DNA from: Lama guanicoe
Lineage: Eukaryota
Reading direction: 5' to 3'
NCBI GenBank assembly: GCA_013239625.1
Contig: MU056050.1
Location: forward strand, 6,773,838-6,837,837
DNA: 64,000 nucleotides
Position 1 is the first letter of the stretch, and every line of letters begins with the position of its first letter. The position numbers and the translations under genes were made by a program. Below the pieces are notes generated by a model. That model ran no database searches, was not told the DNA's origin, and saw only the letters and a program-made list of their open reading frames with translations. This document shows, piece by piece, positions 1 to 12,074 of the stretch.

Positions 1-685
1 GAAGCTACTTCCAACTCTTAAATGGCACGGGGTACAGAAGAGCAAAGAGGCTGGCAGCTGCGACCTCAGAGTTTCTTCATGGAATGCACAAAAGATCTAA
101 TGGATGTGACGATAGGTCTTCCATTCTGGCTGCTCAGCCTTTACTTTGAAAGCTTCTCCCTGACCGCCTTTTCCTCCTGGAAGAAGCCCTTCATCTCCTA
201 GAAGGTTGCTAAAAAACTTTCAGTAGCTCACAACAGCTGATAGGCATTTGTGCTGATAGACTGTGTAACCCGAAGGGAAGGTATATTGGAGTGTGGTGGT
301 GCATTCCTTCAGGGAAGCTTAGCTCTGCTCCTTTAAGAGTGGCTGCCCACTTCCTCCTGGGATCTGGTTTTCAGGGGGCACCCTCGCCTCACCTGAGCCC
401 TTTGAACTCTTCTGTCCTGTTGCCCAGGTGTCACTTGAGGGCTGGCGGCAACCATTCACAGCTGTGTCAGCTTTCCAACTGTACTACATGGCATATTGGC
501 AACTGCTGGGCCATGTGCCCACAGACAACAAGTTGAATTTGTCGTGGAAACCTGCTTTTTGTCCACATGGGGCTGAGAGGTGAAACAATTCTACTACGTG
601 ATGCTTGGCTAGGAAACAAGGAGACTAAGGGGTGACCTGATGTCTGTTCTCAGATCAAGTAAGCAAAAGGTAGTTGAAAATGGTT

Positions 686-1222
686 TTCATTGTGGTAAAA
701 CACATAAAATTTACTGTTTTAACCATTTTAAAGTGTACAATTGAGTGACATTAAGCGCATTCACAATGTTGTGCAGCTATTACCACTATCAAGTTTCAGA
801 ACTTCCTAATTGCCCCAAAAGGAAACCCTGTGCCCATTAGGCAGTCCCTCTCCGTTCCCTCCTTCCCCCGGCCCCTGGCGACTGCCAGTCTGCTTTCTGT
901 CTCTATACGTTTGCCTGTTCTAGAAGTTTCATATACATGGAGTTGTGTTGTATGTGTCCTTTTGTGTCTGGCTTCATCTACTTAGTAGAATGTTCTCAAG
1001 TTTCATCCATGTTGTAGTGTGTATCTTACTTCATTCCTCCCAATAGCTGAATAATACTGCATTGTCTACACGTACCACATTTTGTTTATCCCTTCATCAG
1101 CTGAATGACATTTGGGTTGTTTCCACTTTTTGGAGGTTGTGAATAGAGCTGCTATGGAATATTCATGTATAAGTTTTTGTTTGAATACCTGTTTTTAATT
1201 CTTTGGGGGTACATACCTAGAA
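686..1222 (-). mobile_element. Old L1 (L1M-type) 3'-end fragment
   Basis: Typical antisense L1M 3'UTR text (ttgtggtaaaa...aaagtgtacaatt...tttcatccatgttgtag...catttgggttgtttccac). Confidence 0.85.
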
Positions 1223-1423
1223 GTAAAAGCAAAAGGTTTTTATGAGGATAAACTTGGCCATTTCCCCCCAAGTTTTCGAAGACAAAACAGGATCCTTCCT
1301 TATCTTACTTTTAAATTGGTGAGATCATGATTGGATACATGAATGTTGTGACCAGCAGGGCATTAAAATCCTGGGCCAGGTCTAGGGTTCTGCTTGCGGA
1401 GTAATTCCTACCTCATTGTAAGC

Positions 1424-1741
1424 AGGGGTCCCAGGCCTAAGTGCCTTCAGGCTGCTCGTGTTAGAGAGCAGCATGGACTGGGTGGGGCCTGCTGAATTGG
1501 AGAATGCACATGTCACCTCTCCCTCCAGCCAACGGTTGACATGCAGGAATGTGGATGCAGTGTTGCCAGATCTTCTGATTTCTTTTCCCGGAGAAAAGCT
1601 GGAAATCTAAATTTTTAAGTACAATCTCCCAATTTAAAAATGTTACAAGTTAATTAACTTGGGGGGGTTTCAAACACTGGGCCACAACCCAGGTGGTCAG
1701 TGGGCTAGATTTGGCTCCTGGCTGCTGGTTTGTCACCTCTG
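1424..1741 (-). mobile_element. hAT-Charlie DNA transposon relic, MER102-like
   Basis: gtgttgccagatcttctgattt...tctcccaatttaaaaatgtt...ggtttgtcacctctg resembles the reverse complement of the recalled MER102 consensus. Confidence 0.65.
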
Positions 1742-1790
1742 AGTGACAACAGGAAGCGGGTCTCCCTTGGGTTGCTCCCAGTCCCTCTAG

Positions 1791-1988
<198 letters not shown>

Positions 1989-3014
1989 TAAGTGGGATTC
2001 TTTCCACCCTTATCTGTGGCTCGGAGGTGTGGGATCTGCTTTGGTCTCACTGATTCTTCTCAAAGATAGGAGTGACCCTGTGGAGGTAGCCTTCTTCACC
2101 TGTTAGTAGCTTACAGACACTTTCAGCCCAGGCCTGCCCCAGAGTCAGAACTCATTGGCCTAAACCAAAGATGCCACCGATTTGGACAAAGCCATTCGTC
2201 ATTAGCCCCCTACCACTCCCCACCCTGGTTATTTAAAAGATTTCCTCTCTTCCAAAGTCCCCTTCTCTTCCCTTGCTTTGTCCTAACCCTGCCAGAAGCC
2301 CCTCTGTGCACTGTCACCTCTTAGTGTAGTGTTGCTCATCTGGCAGCTCCCATTCCCTCCCTCCCCTGCCCCCAAGAAGTACACAGAGTTTCTGAGATAG
2401 CTTCTGTCTCCCAAGCCCTTCGTCTTCTGGCTGGGGCTTTCCTCTGTTGGAAGAGCGGTGAGCCTTTACCTGTGGCCATCATCCAGCATTCATGCATTGG
2501 GCCAGAGGCTGCAGATTGTAGGAGGCGCCCACTCCCAAGTTTGGGGGAGGCTGGAGCAGGAGAAGGTTGGAAAGGCCACACCCAAACACACAGCTGGTGA
2601 AGGAGACAGGCTGAGCCCCCTCCAGGCTTCGGTGGACCCCAGCAGGCAGTTGGGCACCTTGGGAAAGCTGCCGTTTGAAGGGCAAGTGTTTTCCCTTGCC
2701 TTTGACTGCTGATGGTCTTTGCATGCTGCCATCCCCAACGGTTGGGCAGCACATCCTTCACACCACCTTGCTTTTTTCCAGTTGAAAGGTAGAGTGGAAT
2801 GGGTCTGTGGCCCCAAAGGTACTGCCTTTTGGGGCTAGAACTTTCTCATGCCTTCCCAAGTCCCATGTGAGCCATGGGATCAGAGACACTTGGCCCGACC
2901 AGGGGTCTAGTTGTTTGTACCCACCGTCACATCCCCTTATCTTGTTGGAGTATTTCTTTTCTTCAGTTTTGTGCATGTAGCTAAGTCCTAATTCCCTGTA
3001 TGATGTCTTTACAG

Positions 3015-3168
3015 AGGAAAAAGATGGGTTTGCCTGTGACCTCCTACATAATCCTCCTGGGAGCTCTGATCAAGAAGGAGATGATGTGGAAGAGGATGAT
3101 TTTATGTTTGAGCTCTCAGACAAGCCTCTGCTCCCTTGCTACAACCTCCAAGTGTCAGTGTCCCGCGG
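3015..3168 (+). CDS. BCORL1: BCORL1 penultimate coding exon, 154 bp
   Basis: Acceptor tttacAG and donor GTAAGT at 3169. Translates [50 protein letters not shown](G), the linker and start of the BCOR-family PUFD domain. Confidence 0.95.
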
Positions 3169-3177
3169 GTAAGTGCC

Positions 3178-3209
3178 AGAGATCTCAGAGATCTCAGAGA
3201 TCTCAGAGA
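3178..3209. repeat. 9-bp tandem repeat (AGAGATCTC) x3.5
   Basis: Read directly: agagatctc agagatctc agagatctc agaga. Confidence 0.9.
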
Positions 3210-4849
3210 CCTATGGGGACCCAGCGCTGGGATCCTGGCAACCCTGGCCCGCCTCCCTGGGAAGGGTGGAGTTCTCCAGAAGGAAGCTGAGACCTGGAGG
3301 ACAAATGCTAGAGCATAGGAAAGATAATATCGGACCAAGTCCAGCCTGACTTTCCAGCCCAGATTAGTTATGTTCAGAACAGAGGCTGTAAGCTCTAGGT
3401 ACACCAACTGTGTGTATTTTCCAAAACCGAAATCCACATTCACTCTCTGAGAGATTTTTGTGCTGTTCCTGGGTGTAAGAGATGATCTGGGAGATATTTG
3501 GGCTGGTGAACTGTTAGAATCTCTGGAACATTTTTGTGGTTTCTGGGGACAACCAGACAGAATATTTGAAATTGAGATTCTCGGAAAAGCCGGGACATAT
3601 GGTTGCCATAGCTATGGGGCCACTGGGGTCCTTAAGTAATCCACAGGCTGGTTTCTCATTGCCTTAATGTTGGTGAGATGATGGTATTGGTGCTGTCCTC
3701 TCAGATTACCTTGCATATTATAACAAAGATCACCCATTTTTGGAGACTAGAATATACTTGATACTGAACATTAGACTGAACCCAATTTAACCTTTATTTG
3801 ATGATTCAGAAGGGAGTTCAGCAGCCCGCATGGCCATGGCTTGCTGGTTAGGGTGATGCAGGATACACTGTCCTTTTGTTCTTAGCCTCCATCATTAAGT
3901 GTCATGTTCTCGGTGTTTTCACATATTTCAAATACCTTTGCAAACACTTTTAAGGATACTTTTTCTTTGATATCTATTTTTTAAAAGTATCAGACCCTAT
4001 ATTTTTTAAGTGAAAGCACATGAAGTGCTCATGATAGAGGGCTGGACAACGGATTAGGGACCCTTTGCATGAGCCCGTCAGTTGAGGAAGGACTCTAACC
4101 ACTCGACCAGTTTCTTTTTATCCCTCCCCCCCCACCCTCAGCCTGATAAGAATAAAAATAGCCTATATGATGACACTAGTAGGGATCAAGTTTCAGGGGC
4201 TTTGGGTCTTATTCTTCTGGGCAAAAGCTGATCCCTGAGGGCGGGGCTGGGCCTCTGGGATATAGTATTGCACAATTAATTAATTCCTCCAAAGTATTCA
4301 GCACCTCCTTCTCTGAAACAGGATCTTGGGCCCCAGGCAGTAAAAGGACCAGGGTAGTGTGCTTTAAGTGCAGACAGAACACAGGGCAACCAAAGGCTGC
4401 ACAACACTCAGCAAGCTGGGTGGCAAGCGGGTTTTGGTTGAGCACTTGGTCCGCAAAGCTGGTTTTCCTGATATCACATCCTCCAGCGCCTCTTCTTAAT
4501 CGGCCCTTCCCCACGGCTGCAGCACGATGTGAAACTTTATATTCTTCAAGAAGTGGAGGAGGATGTAGAATGCTGACTCTGAGGCCCTGTGGGATTCAGA
4601 AGTACCTTCTGAATCATCAAAGCAAGACTGAATTCTGATCACCAGTGGTAATGTTCTGAGGGGCTTTTTCCTCCATTTTTTGAAAGTGATGTCCAAGTAG
4701 CTGGTATCCATTTATTGTCCCTTTCTCTTAACCCAGAATGTCCCATTCTCTGATTGTGAGAGATTATTGTCATTCAGAAGAAATGTTGCATTTTAGGGCT
4801 GGGGATTGTGGGTCTGGGTAGAAGTTTTAGGTGCCGTACAGAAACATGT

Positions 4850-5650
4850 CTTAAGCATTTGCACCAGGTCAAACCCTGAGGGCTGGAATACAGCTCTGGC
4901 CTTCAAAGAATCTCCAGTCTAGTGGAAGAGACAGGCAGGTATACAGTTAACTCTAATAAAAGACTAAATGTCCTCAGCAGATTTATTATTGTAAAAAACG
5001 CAAACAGTTCAGAAGGGTGTCAAGTGAAAAATAAAAGTTCCAGTCCACCCCAAGTCCCCATTCCTGTGCTATAGAGAGAACCACAGTTTACATTTCTTTT
5101 ATATTCTTTCCGAAGTGGGCTCTGTCATAAGTATAGTAGGGATATGAACACAGCACCACGGGACCAGGGAAGACAGGACGAGCAACCAGTTACATCAGGG
5201 GTGATAGGGAGTCTGCGCTGGGCCAGAGAGGAGAGGAGGATGGAGAGTGTGGCATGAGCAAAGGCACTGAGACATTCAAGTTGAGAAAATTCAGAAAACA
5301 GAGCTAGTCCTTCATCAGATGGCTGGCACTTGGTGGAATGGGGGATACAGGAGGTGTGTGTGTGTGAGATTGGGTGGAGATTAGGCTGAAGGGGTTGAGT
5401 GGGGTCATGTTTGGAAGGTTTTGCAAAATATCACACTAAAGAGTTTGAAGGGCTGAAGTTTTTTTGCTGTAGGTACTGGGGATCCATTGAAAGTGGTTTA
5501 GGGAATGAGTGAAAAGGTCTGATTTTCTTGTTAGAAAACAAAGAGTAACAGAGGCTCCAGTGAGGGTGGGTGGGGGGTGCAGAAGAGTGACTCTTGGCAG
5601 CGGGAAACCAGTTAGGAGGCTGATGCAATACAGTCCAGGCTAAAAGTGGC
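4850..5650 (-). mobile_element. Degraded L2 fragments (with an interrupting insert)
   Basis: L2-like text: ccttcaaagaatctccagtctagtggaagagacagg, gcatgagcaaaggcactgaga, ccagttaggaggctgatgcaata. Confidence 0.5.
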
Positions 5651-6380
5651 AAAGGCTGAAAGTGGGACAGGGGAATGGTGAGGAGGGACAGCCCTGGAAA
5701 CAGGGACCACTAACATGGGGATGCAGCATTTCTTCCTGGTTCAGGCAGAACAAGTGTTTGGCCTGTGCCCGGCCTTGCAGCCCCCCTTCCAGCTGTCCCC
5801 AGGCTGCCGCCCAGCCGGGTGTGCTCAGCAAAGTCAGACTGGCTGTAGCTGTAACGTGAGCTCCGGCCCTGCAGAAACGATGGTGCTGCCGCTGGAGAAA
5901 AAACTCGTCTAATGCATTCCAGAGCCAAAGAGAAATGCCTTTTGGATTACCCGCAGTTTAGGCCTTTCTCCACGGCTCCCCCTCTGCTGGGGAAGATCTT
6001 GGAGAACCAGGAGGCATGGGAAGCAGGAGTGAGAACAGGAGAGGGAAACCAGACAGGCTGACAGGGGTCGCTCAGGGCAGAACTGGTCCCAGCAGATGGT
6101 AAATGCCAGGTCACGGATGCGGGTCAGGCCAGCTCAGGGTTGTAGGTTCTGAAGGGCCCATTTCCCTCCTGCTCCCACTTTTTGGAAGAGGTCAGTCGGG
6201 TTGAGTGCTCACCATTTAGCTGAAAGCTGGGCCTGCCAGTGTAGGGGACAGAAGAAAACTGTCACCACCACCACGCCCAGGGAGCTTGTGGCTTCGGAGA
6301 GGACAGCCAGCCCATGTGCTCCCAGCGCCCCTGCCGGCCCCTCTGCCCCTTCCCTCACTCCCATTCTTGCCTTTTTCCAG

Positions 6381-6663
6381 GCCCTGCAACTGGTTTCTCT
6401 TTACCGACGTCCTGAAGAGGCTGAAGCTTTCCTCGAGGATCTTTCAGGCTCGATTCCCGCACTTTGAAATCGCCACCCTGCCCAAGGCCGAGTTCTACCG
6501 GCAGGTGGCCTCCAGTCAGCTGCTGACCCCTGCCGAGAGGCCTGGAGGCCTGGACGCCACCTCCGCCCCGGGCTCCTCTGAGACTGTGGAGCTGGTGCGG
6601 TACGAGGCCGAGCTGCTTCGGCTCCTGGGGTCCGAGGTGGAGTTCCAGCCTTGGAACAGTTGA
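6381..6663 (+). CDS. BCORL1: BCORL1 last coding exon (PUFD domain, binds PCGF1 RAWUL), stop TGA
   Basis: Acceptor ctttttccAG at 6379-6380. Translates [30 protein letters not shown]...[13 protein letters not shown], matching the BCORL1 C-terminus; lies within ORF 6286..6663. Confidence 0.96.
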
Positions 6664-8620
6664 CCGAGAAAATGTCCCCTCCCTTTTCTTCTTTCTTCTC
6701 CCAGGTTCACCCCTCCCCCACCTCCCATGTTCCCCCCAACCGAGCACCAGACTGCAGAATGAGGCAATAATACGGACCAACAAGAAGCCGCCTTATCAAT
6801 GCCAGCATTAGTGACTGGATTTTTTTTTTTTTTTGGTTACAGTTAGTTCTCATCTCCCTGTCATCATCATTGTTGTCGTGGTTGGTGATGGGGATAGAAA
6901 GTTGAACTCCACATCTGAGGACAAGAGGTCCCGGGGTGGTGGGAGGTGGCGCCAGGGTTGCTTGGACTGGCCTCCTTGTGTGTGACCAAGACCAAACCTG
7001 GGCCCTGGGTGGCCACGGCCTGTCTGGAGGAGAAATGAGAAAAGCCCAAATCTCTGAGCGCCCCCTCTGTTCCCCTGTGTTCTTCTGTCTTCCATAGTAT
7101 TTATTTTATTAGTATTTAATTTGTATTGTTTCATTGGTTTCTGATAAGTCTGTATCACTGTGACAATTTGAGACAACTTGTTGTATTGAGGGACTTTCTT
7201 CACCTCTTTTCTTTGTCTTTCTTGATAAGCTCTGGAGCTGTTCCCTCCCTCTGACAGAGTTTCTCCCAGGTTTTTTTCCCCCACTAAGGAGGGGGCAGGG
7301 AGGGGTGGGGGGGTGCCATCAACTTGTGACTAATGAAGGTGGCTGGTGCTGGCCCAGGCTGGGGGTTGGGGGTAAATCCTGAGGCTTTGGTGCTCACCCC
7401 TCCCCCAGTTTTTTCTCGTTTCATCCCCCTGCCCTTTGCAGCAGCCCTGCTGTCTTGAGATTAGTGTTTACTGGGGAGGGGAGGATTGGGGGAGTAAGGG
7501 GTTAATGAGTTACTCTAATGGAGGAGAGCTGAGAATGGGCATGAAGGCTAAGGTTGCCCCCTCCTCGCTGTCCTCACTGCTCTCCTCAGAGTGCACAATA
7601 TAGGTTTGTTCCTGCAGCTTTCCCCCCTGCACCCCCGGCCACCCCACCCCATCCTGACCTGACCCTCCCTGGATACTAAGCCTCTCAGTTCCCCACCCCC
7701 ATCTCTCCCCCTCCCTGGACTCCCAGCACCCCTTTCCTCTCTCCTCTCTCTCCTCCCTCCTTCTCCCTCTGCCCCCAGGCTGCCTTTGGAATCTGCAGAG
7801 GGCTCTGGGATTGACTGGCTGCCAGGTGTGAACCCCAGGCCTCAGCTGTTTCCTAGGTGAAGGGAAGAGACTGGTCCCCGGCCAGCCGGGCTCCGCTCCT
7901 GCCTGGGGACCTGGGGCTGAGTGCCGCCCCACCAGGCCTCCCAGTGCCAGGCAGGCTTGTTCCCAGAGAGAGAGGGGCTCGGGTTGCTTCCCCATCCCAG
8001 ATCCCTCCGTGGCGTTGTCTTTCCCACTCGTTCTTATTTTTCTAACAATTGCTATTTTTCCGAACAATCCTTGTAGAGAGTATGTGCCATCCACAGGCGG
8101 GAAGGCCTCCCTATGGCCGGCTCTGGTTGGAGATGGTACAGTTTTATTGTACAGGTGCTAAAACAACAACAACAAAAGAAGAATACTGGGGAAAAAAGAC
8201 AAAAAAAGGCAAAAAAAAAAGCCAGTTTGAGGATGGAAAAATCTATTCTCTGGAGACTCCTGACCCTTGCAGGAGCAGTGGTGGTTATTTTCTTTGTATT
8301 GTGTTTGTTCTTTGTTCCCAGGGGGAAGTTCTAGGCCCCCTTCTGTAGGACTGCTCCCCACCCCCACCATCCTGCCAAGTTGGTTTTGAACAATTTTGAA
8401 CACGTTCTCCCTTTTTAAAAAAAAAATATATATATATATATATAACGTTGAGGGTTTTTTTGGGTTTTAATTTTTGGGTTTGTTGGGGTTCATGGTATTG
8501 TGTGGTTTATTTTATGTTTGCCTTTACTTTTTTGCATTCGGGTGTGTATTCTGGCTGCCCTTTATGTTTCATTTTAAGCAACTGGCTGTGGAGTCAAAAA
8601 CACTTGCATACTGAAAAACC
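6664..8620 (+). other. BCORL1: BCORL1 3'UTR (3' end approximate)
   Basis: Follows the stop codon; lacks recognisable interspersed repeats and has U/AU-rich blocks (about 7095-7180 and 8450-8580). The end point is inferred; I saw no canonical AATAAA. Confidence 0.6.
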
Positions 8621-10879
8621 CGTGTCAGGGCTTCTGTCTTCTGTCTCTTTTCTCTCCTCCTCGCCTGTATTGGCCTTTCCGTGGTTAAAGAAGATGGGTG
8701 GCCCCACGGAGTCAGCGGGGAAACCCCCATCCTGCTTTGCAGTTTGGGATTCTTCTTATGGGTACAGGGAATGAGGACAGAGTGGAGTGGCCAAGGAACA
8801 TGCAGGGCAAGATTTAGAAAGATAAGTCAGGGACAAATCCTGGGAGTGAGCCGGTGGGGGGTATTGAGTACCTGCTTCGGTTGGGGTAGGGAGGGTACTG
8901 TGCACACGTTCCCCCTCCACCACAGGAGGAGCAGGGCTGGAGGGAGGAGCGCCTCTTTTAAGTGGCTGTGAGGGATGATCCTAACTCCAGGGAATCACCT
9001 GCTAGCTGGCTCTCTTTCCTGCCCTGGGCCCTCCTATGTCAGCCACTGACTTCATGGTCTTGTCACTGCCCTCACTGCCATGCCAGTGTCTTCCCTGCCT
9101 ACCTACATGGTGCAGGCCTTCATGGTTCTGGTTTCCTAAGAGCCAGCTACTATGGAGGCCAGATGCCCATCCTGGATTTTACAACCTTTTTCCCCACTTC
9201 CAAAAAACACTGGTAGAAGCTATGATTCCTTCTGACTGCTAGCTCCAGGATGAGCCTGTTTTACTGGTTGAGGGGAAGGAGATGTTGGGCAGGCCTGGAA
9301 TGAGGCCCTTTTAAGCTATATTCTTAGAGCCTCTCACTGTGGCTGCAGTCTCTGAAGAGCCCTGTCACGACACAGGCTGGAGGTGGTGGTCTGTGTGTCC
9401 GGCCAGGGGGAGTCCAGCCAGCCAGCCCCAGGACTGAACTGTGAGCTGCTCTCTTGGCTCAAGCCCCAGGAGTGGGCCTTGACCCCAGGTCTTTCTGCCG
9501 GACAGGAAAGCAGCATCCCCTTTGAGCCACAGCATTAATCCTCCCCATTGGCCTTCACTTCCCTACGTTCTGACCCTGAGGCCTTCGCTTCCCAAACAAC
9601 ACCTAAGGCCATGGGGTGACTGCAAGGATTCAGCTAGGCTCAGGATGCTGTGGGAGCTCAGAGGGATGGGCAAAGGCATGGGGGTGGTCAGAGGGGGTGG
9701 GAGAGGTGATACCTAGTTGACAAGTAGAAAAACGGGAATTAGGAGTGGCAGGGATCTTTGAACTAAGGGGACATCTGAGCACAGGCCTGGAGACATGGAA
9801 TACGGTAGTATGTGTAGGAGACTACAACCCACTTCTGTGTTACAGCAGCTGGAAGGGACAGATGAGGAGGGAGGGTGTAGAAGCCTGTCATGCCAAGGAG
9901 CATAGCTTGGATTTTTGTCTTAGGTGATGGGGAACCATGGGCGCTCCTTAAACTGGGTAGTGACAGAGGATTTTTGGTTTTGTTTGAACACATTGGTAAA
10001 AATGTACTGAAGGTAGGACAGGCAGATGGAGGGAAAGAAAGGCAATTGAGATGCAAGAGAAAGAATGAACGGAGAGTGGGGGGGTACTATAAGGAGTTCC
10101 ATTTAAGGCAGAAGGGAGATGCTGTGGGCAAAGTCAGAATGACCCCAGAGGAATAGGCAAAGGTCCTTCAGAGACCTGTGGACAGCCATGGGCATTTGAT
10201 TTGGGTGCACACATCCCTTTATTTCCCTGGAGAAAGGCGAGTTAAAAGTGGAACCAAAGAGCAGTTTCTTGTTTTCTTGCTTATGAGTTCCTTTCCCCAC
10301 ACTTTTCCTAGAGTCCTCTCACTGTCTTTCTGCCAGAATGGGAAGATCAAAGCAATAGGTATGGACTGTGAATCCCATAAAGCAGGAAGTAAATCCCTAG
10401 TCTGGATTGGGGTGAGGAAGATGGCCTCTTAATTTAATCCTTTCAGCGCAGCCTAGGGGAAAGAGCCAGCTGTTACAACCTAGGCTGACCTTGGGTGAGA
10501 CAGAACCTAATCTTTCCAGCCTCCATTGCTCCATCTGCCAAATGGGGCTCAATTTACCGACAACGGAAGAGAATCATACGAAGTAACTATGGCTGTTCAG
10601 ATGAAGTTAGTTTTTCCTACATGCTGAGGTCACGAGCCTACAATTAATGATGGTCTTACCACAGTGTTCCTCTTTGGGGTGCAGGGTTGAAAGTGCGGCC
10701 CTGTTCAAGTTCCTGTACTCCCTGAGAAAAGACCGTCTGCTCTCTCTGGATCCCTATTTGGGTTGGGAGGCGGAGTGCGAATTGAGCGGTAAACTCCTGC
10801 CCCCTCCATACTCTAGCCTATGACAGAGAAGCTTGTTGGGTGTTTTATCGTGTCCCGCCCCTACAAAGACAAGTGCATG

Positions 10880-11760
10880 TGTGTTTTAGGGAGGATGGGG
10901 TCTGCGGCCCAAGGGCGGCCTGCTTAGCAGCCAGGGACAGGCGCCAAGTGCTCGGGCCTTATGGACCCCGCAGCGGGGCGGGCCGGGCCGGGCTCCGTGT
11001 TCCCGTAGACTACAGGTTTCCACGGCGAGGGGGGCTGGCAAGCCACAGCGTTGAGCCGCCGGGCTCGGACGCCTCCCTGGACCCCTAGGGACCTGGGCTC
11101 TCGCCGCGGGCGGTTGGGGCCCTCCGCGGGCAAACGAGTGTCGCGGACGCCCAGATCGCTCTCCAATTTCAAGGTTGAAAGCGGCGCTCCGTGAAAGTGT
11201 AGCTGAAGGCCCACCGCGATGGGGAGGCGGGCCAAGCAGAGTGCCCTGCGGCTGGGGGCTGCGGCCAGGGCTTACTCCCGCCGCCCAGAACAGAGGGGCG
11301 GCAGCCGCGGGAGGCCAAGAAAAGTTACAAGCTCCGGAGAGATGGATGGCCTTGGTGGGTGCCAAAGCCGCCAGAGGACAGTTGGGGGCAAAGGGTTGGG
11401 ACAGAGGGACGCGAAGATGCCGGCCGAGGCCACCTCCGCCAGGAGGGACAGACCCCGCCCCGCCCGCCTCTCCCTTCCCGGGCTCTGCTGGGCCACCCGC
11501 CCGCCTTTGCCGGCTCTACGGCGCCACCTGCTGGACGCTGGTCCCACGCCTGGCATGCCAAGGCAGAGGCTCTCACAGGCTGCGAATGCCTTGGCCTCCC
11601 AGGCCTGGGAGCGGCCAGGAGGGAAATGAGCTCACTCACCTCGGATTCAGCGGCTTTGGAGCCAGAGGCAACTGCCTCCTTTAAAATACGTGATAGGGTC
11701 AGAAAGACCTAGATCGTGAGAATAAACTCTTGTCCCGCCCCTGACACCGGGCCGGACATT
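10880..11760. promoter_or_regulatory. Orphan CpG island between the convergent 3' ends of BCORL1 and ELF4, with a CTCF-like motif
   Basis: High CpG density; CGTCCAGCAGGTGGCGCCG on the - strand at 11519-11537. Confidence 0.75.
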
Positions 11761-12074
11761 TCTACCACTCAGTCCCACCCAGGGATGAGGAAATAGCGAT
11801 GAGTCTCTCCTAGGAAGGGGGCAGCAGCAAAGAGCTGGAGTTCAGGAGTCGCCCCAGGCACCTGGTGACAGCAAGGAGCTGCTGGAAGCAGCCTTGGGCT
11901 CCTTGCGGACCCTGTTGTTCTGGGGTGGCCATAGAAATGGGTAAAGGAGGCAGCGGCCTGCAGTACTGTATGAGGGGTCAGAAGCTGTGGTAGCCCCCAG
12001 GTATGCGTTGTCCTTCTCCCTTCCCTCTTGTCTGCCATGGTATCAGGCTGACATCTCCATGATTAGAAACAGGA

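Noticed and set aside
6286..6380. N-terminal part of the 125-aa ORF
   Set aside because: Intronic pyrimidine tract before the BCORL1 acceptor.
10840..11712. Overlapping ORFs on both strands in the intergenic CpG island
   Set aside because: GC-composition artefact with no coding signature or exon structure.
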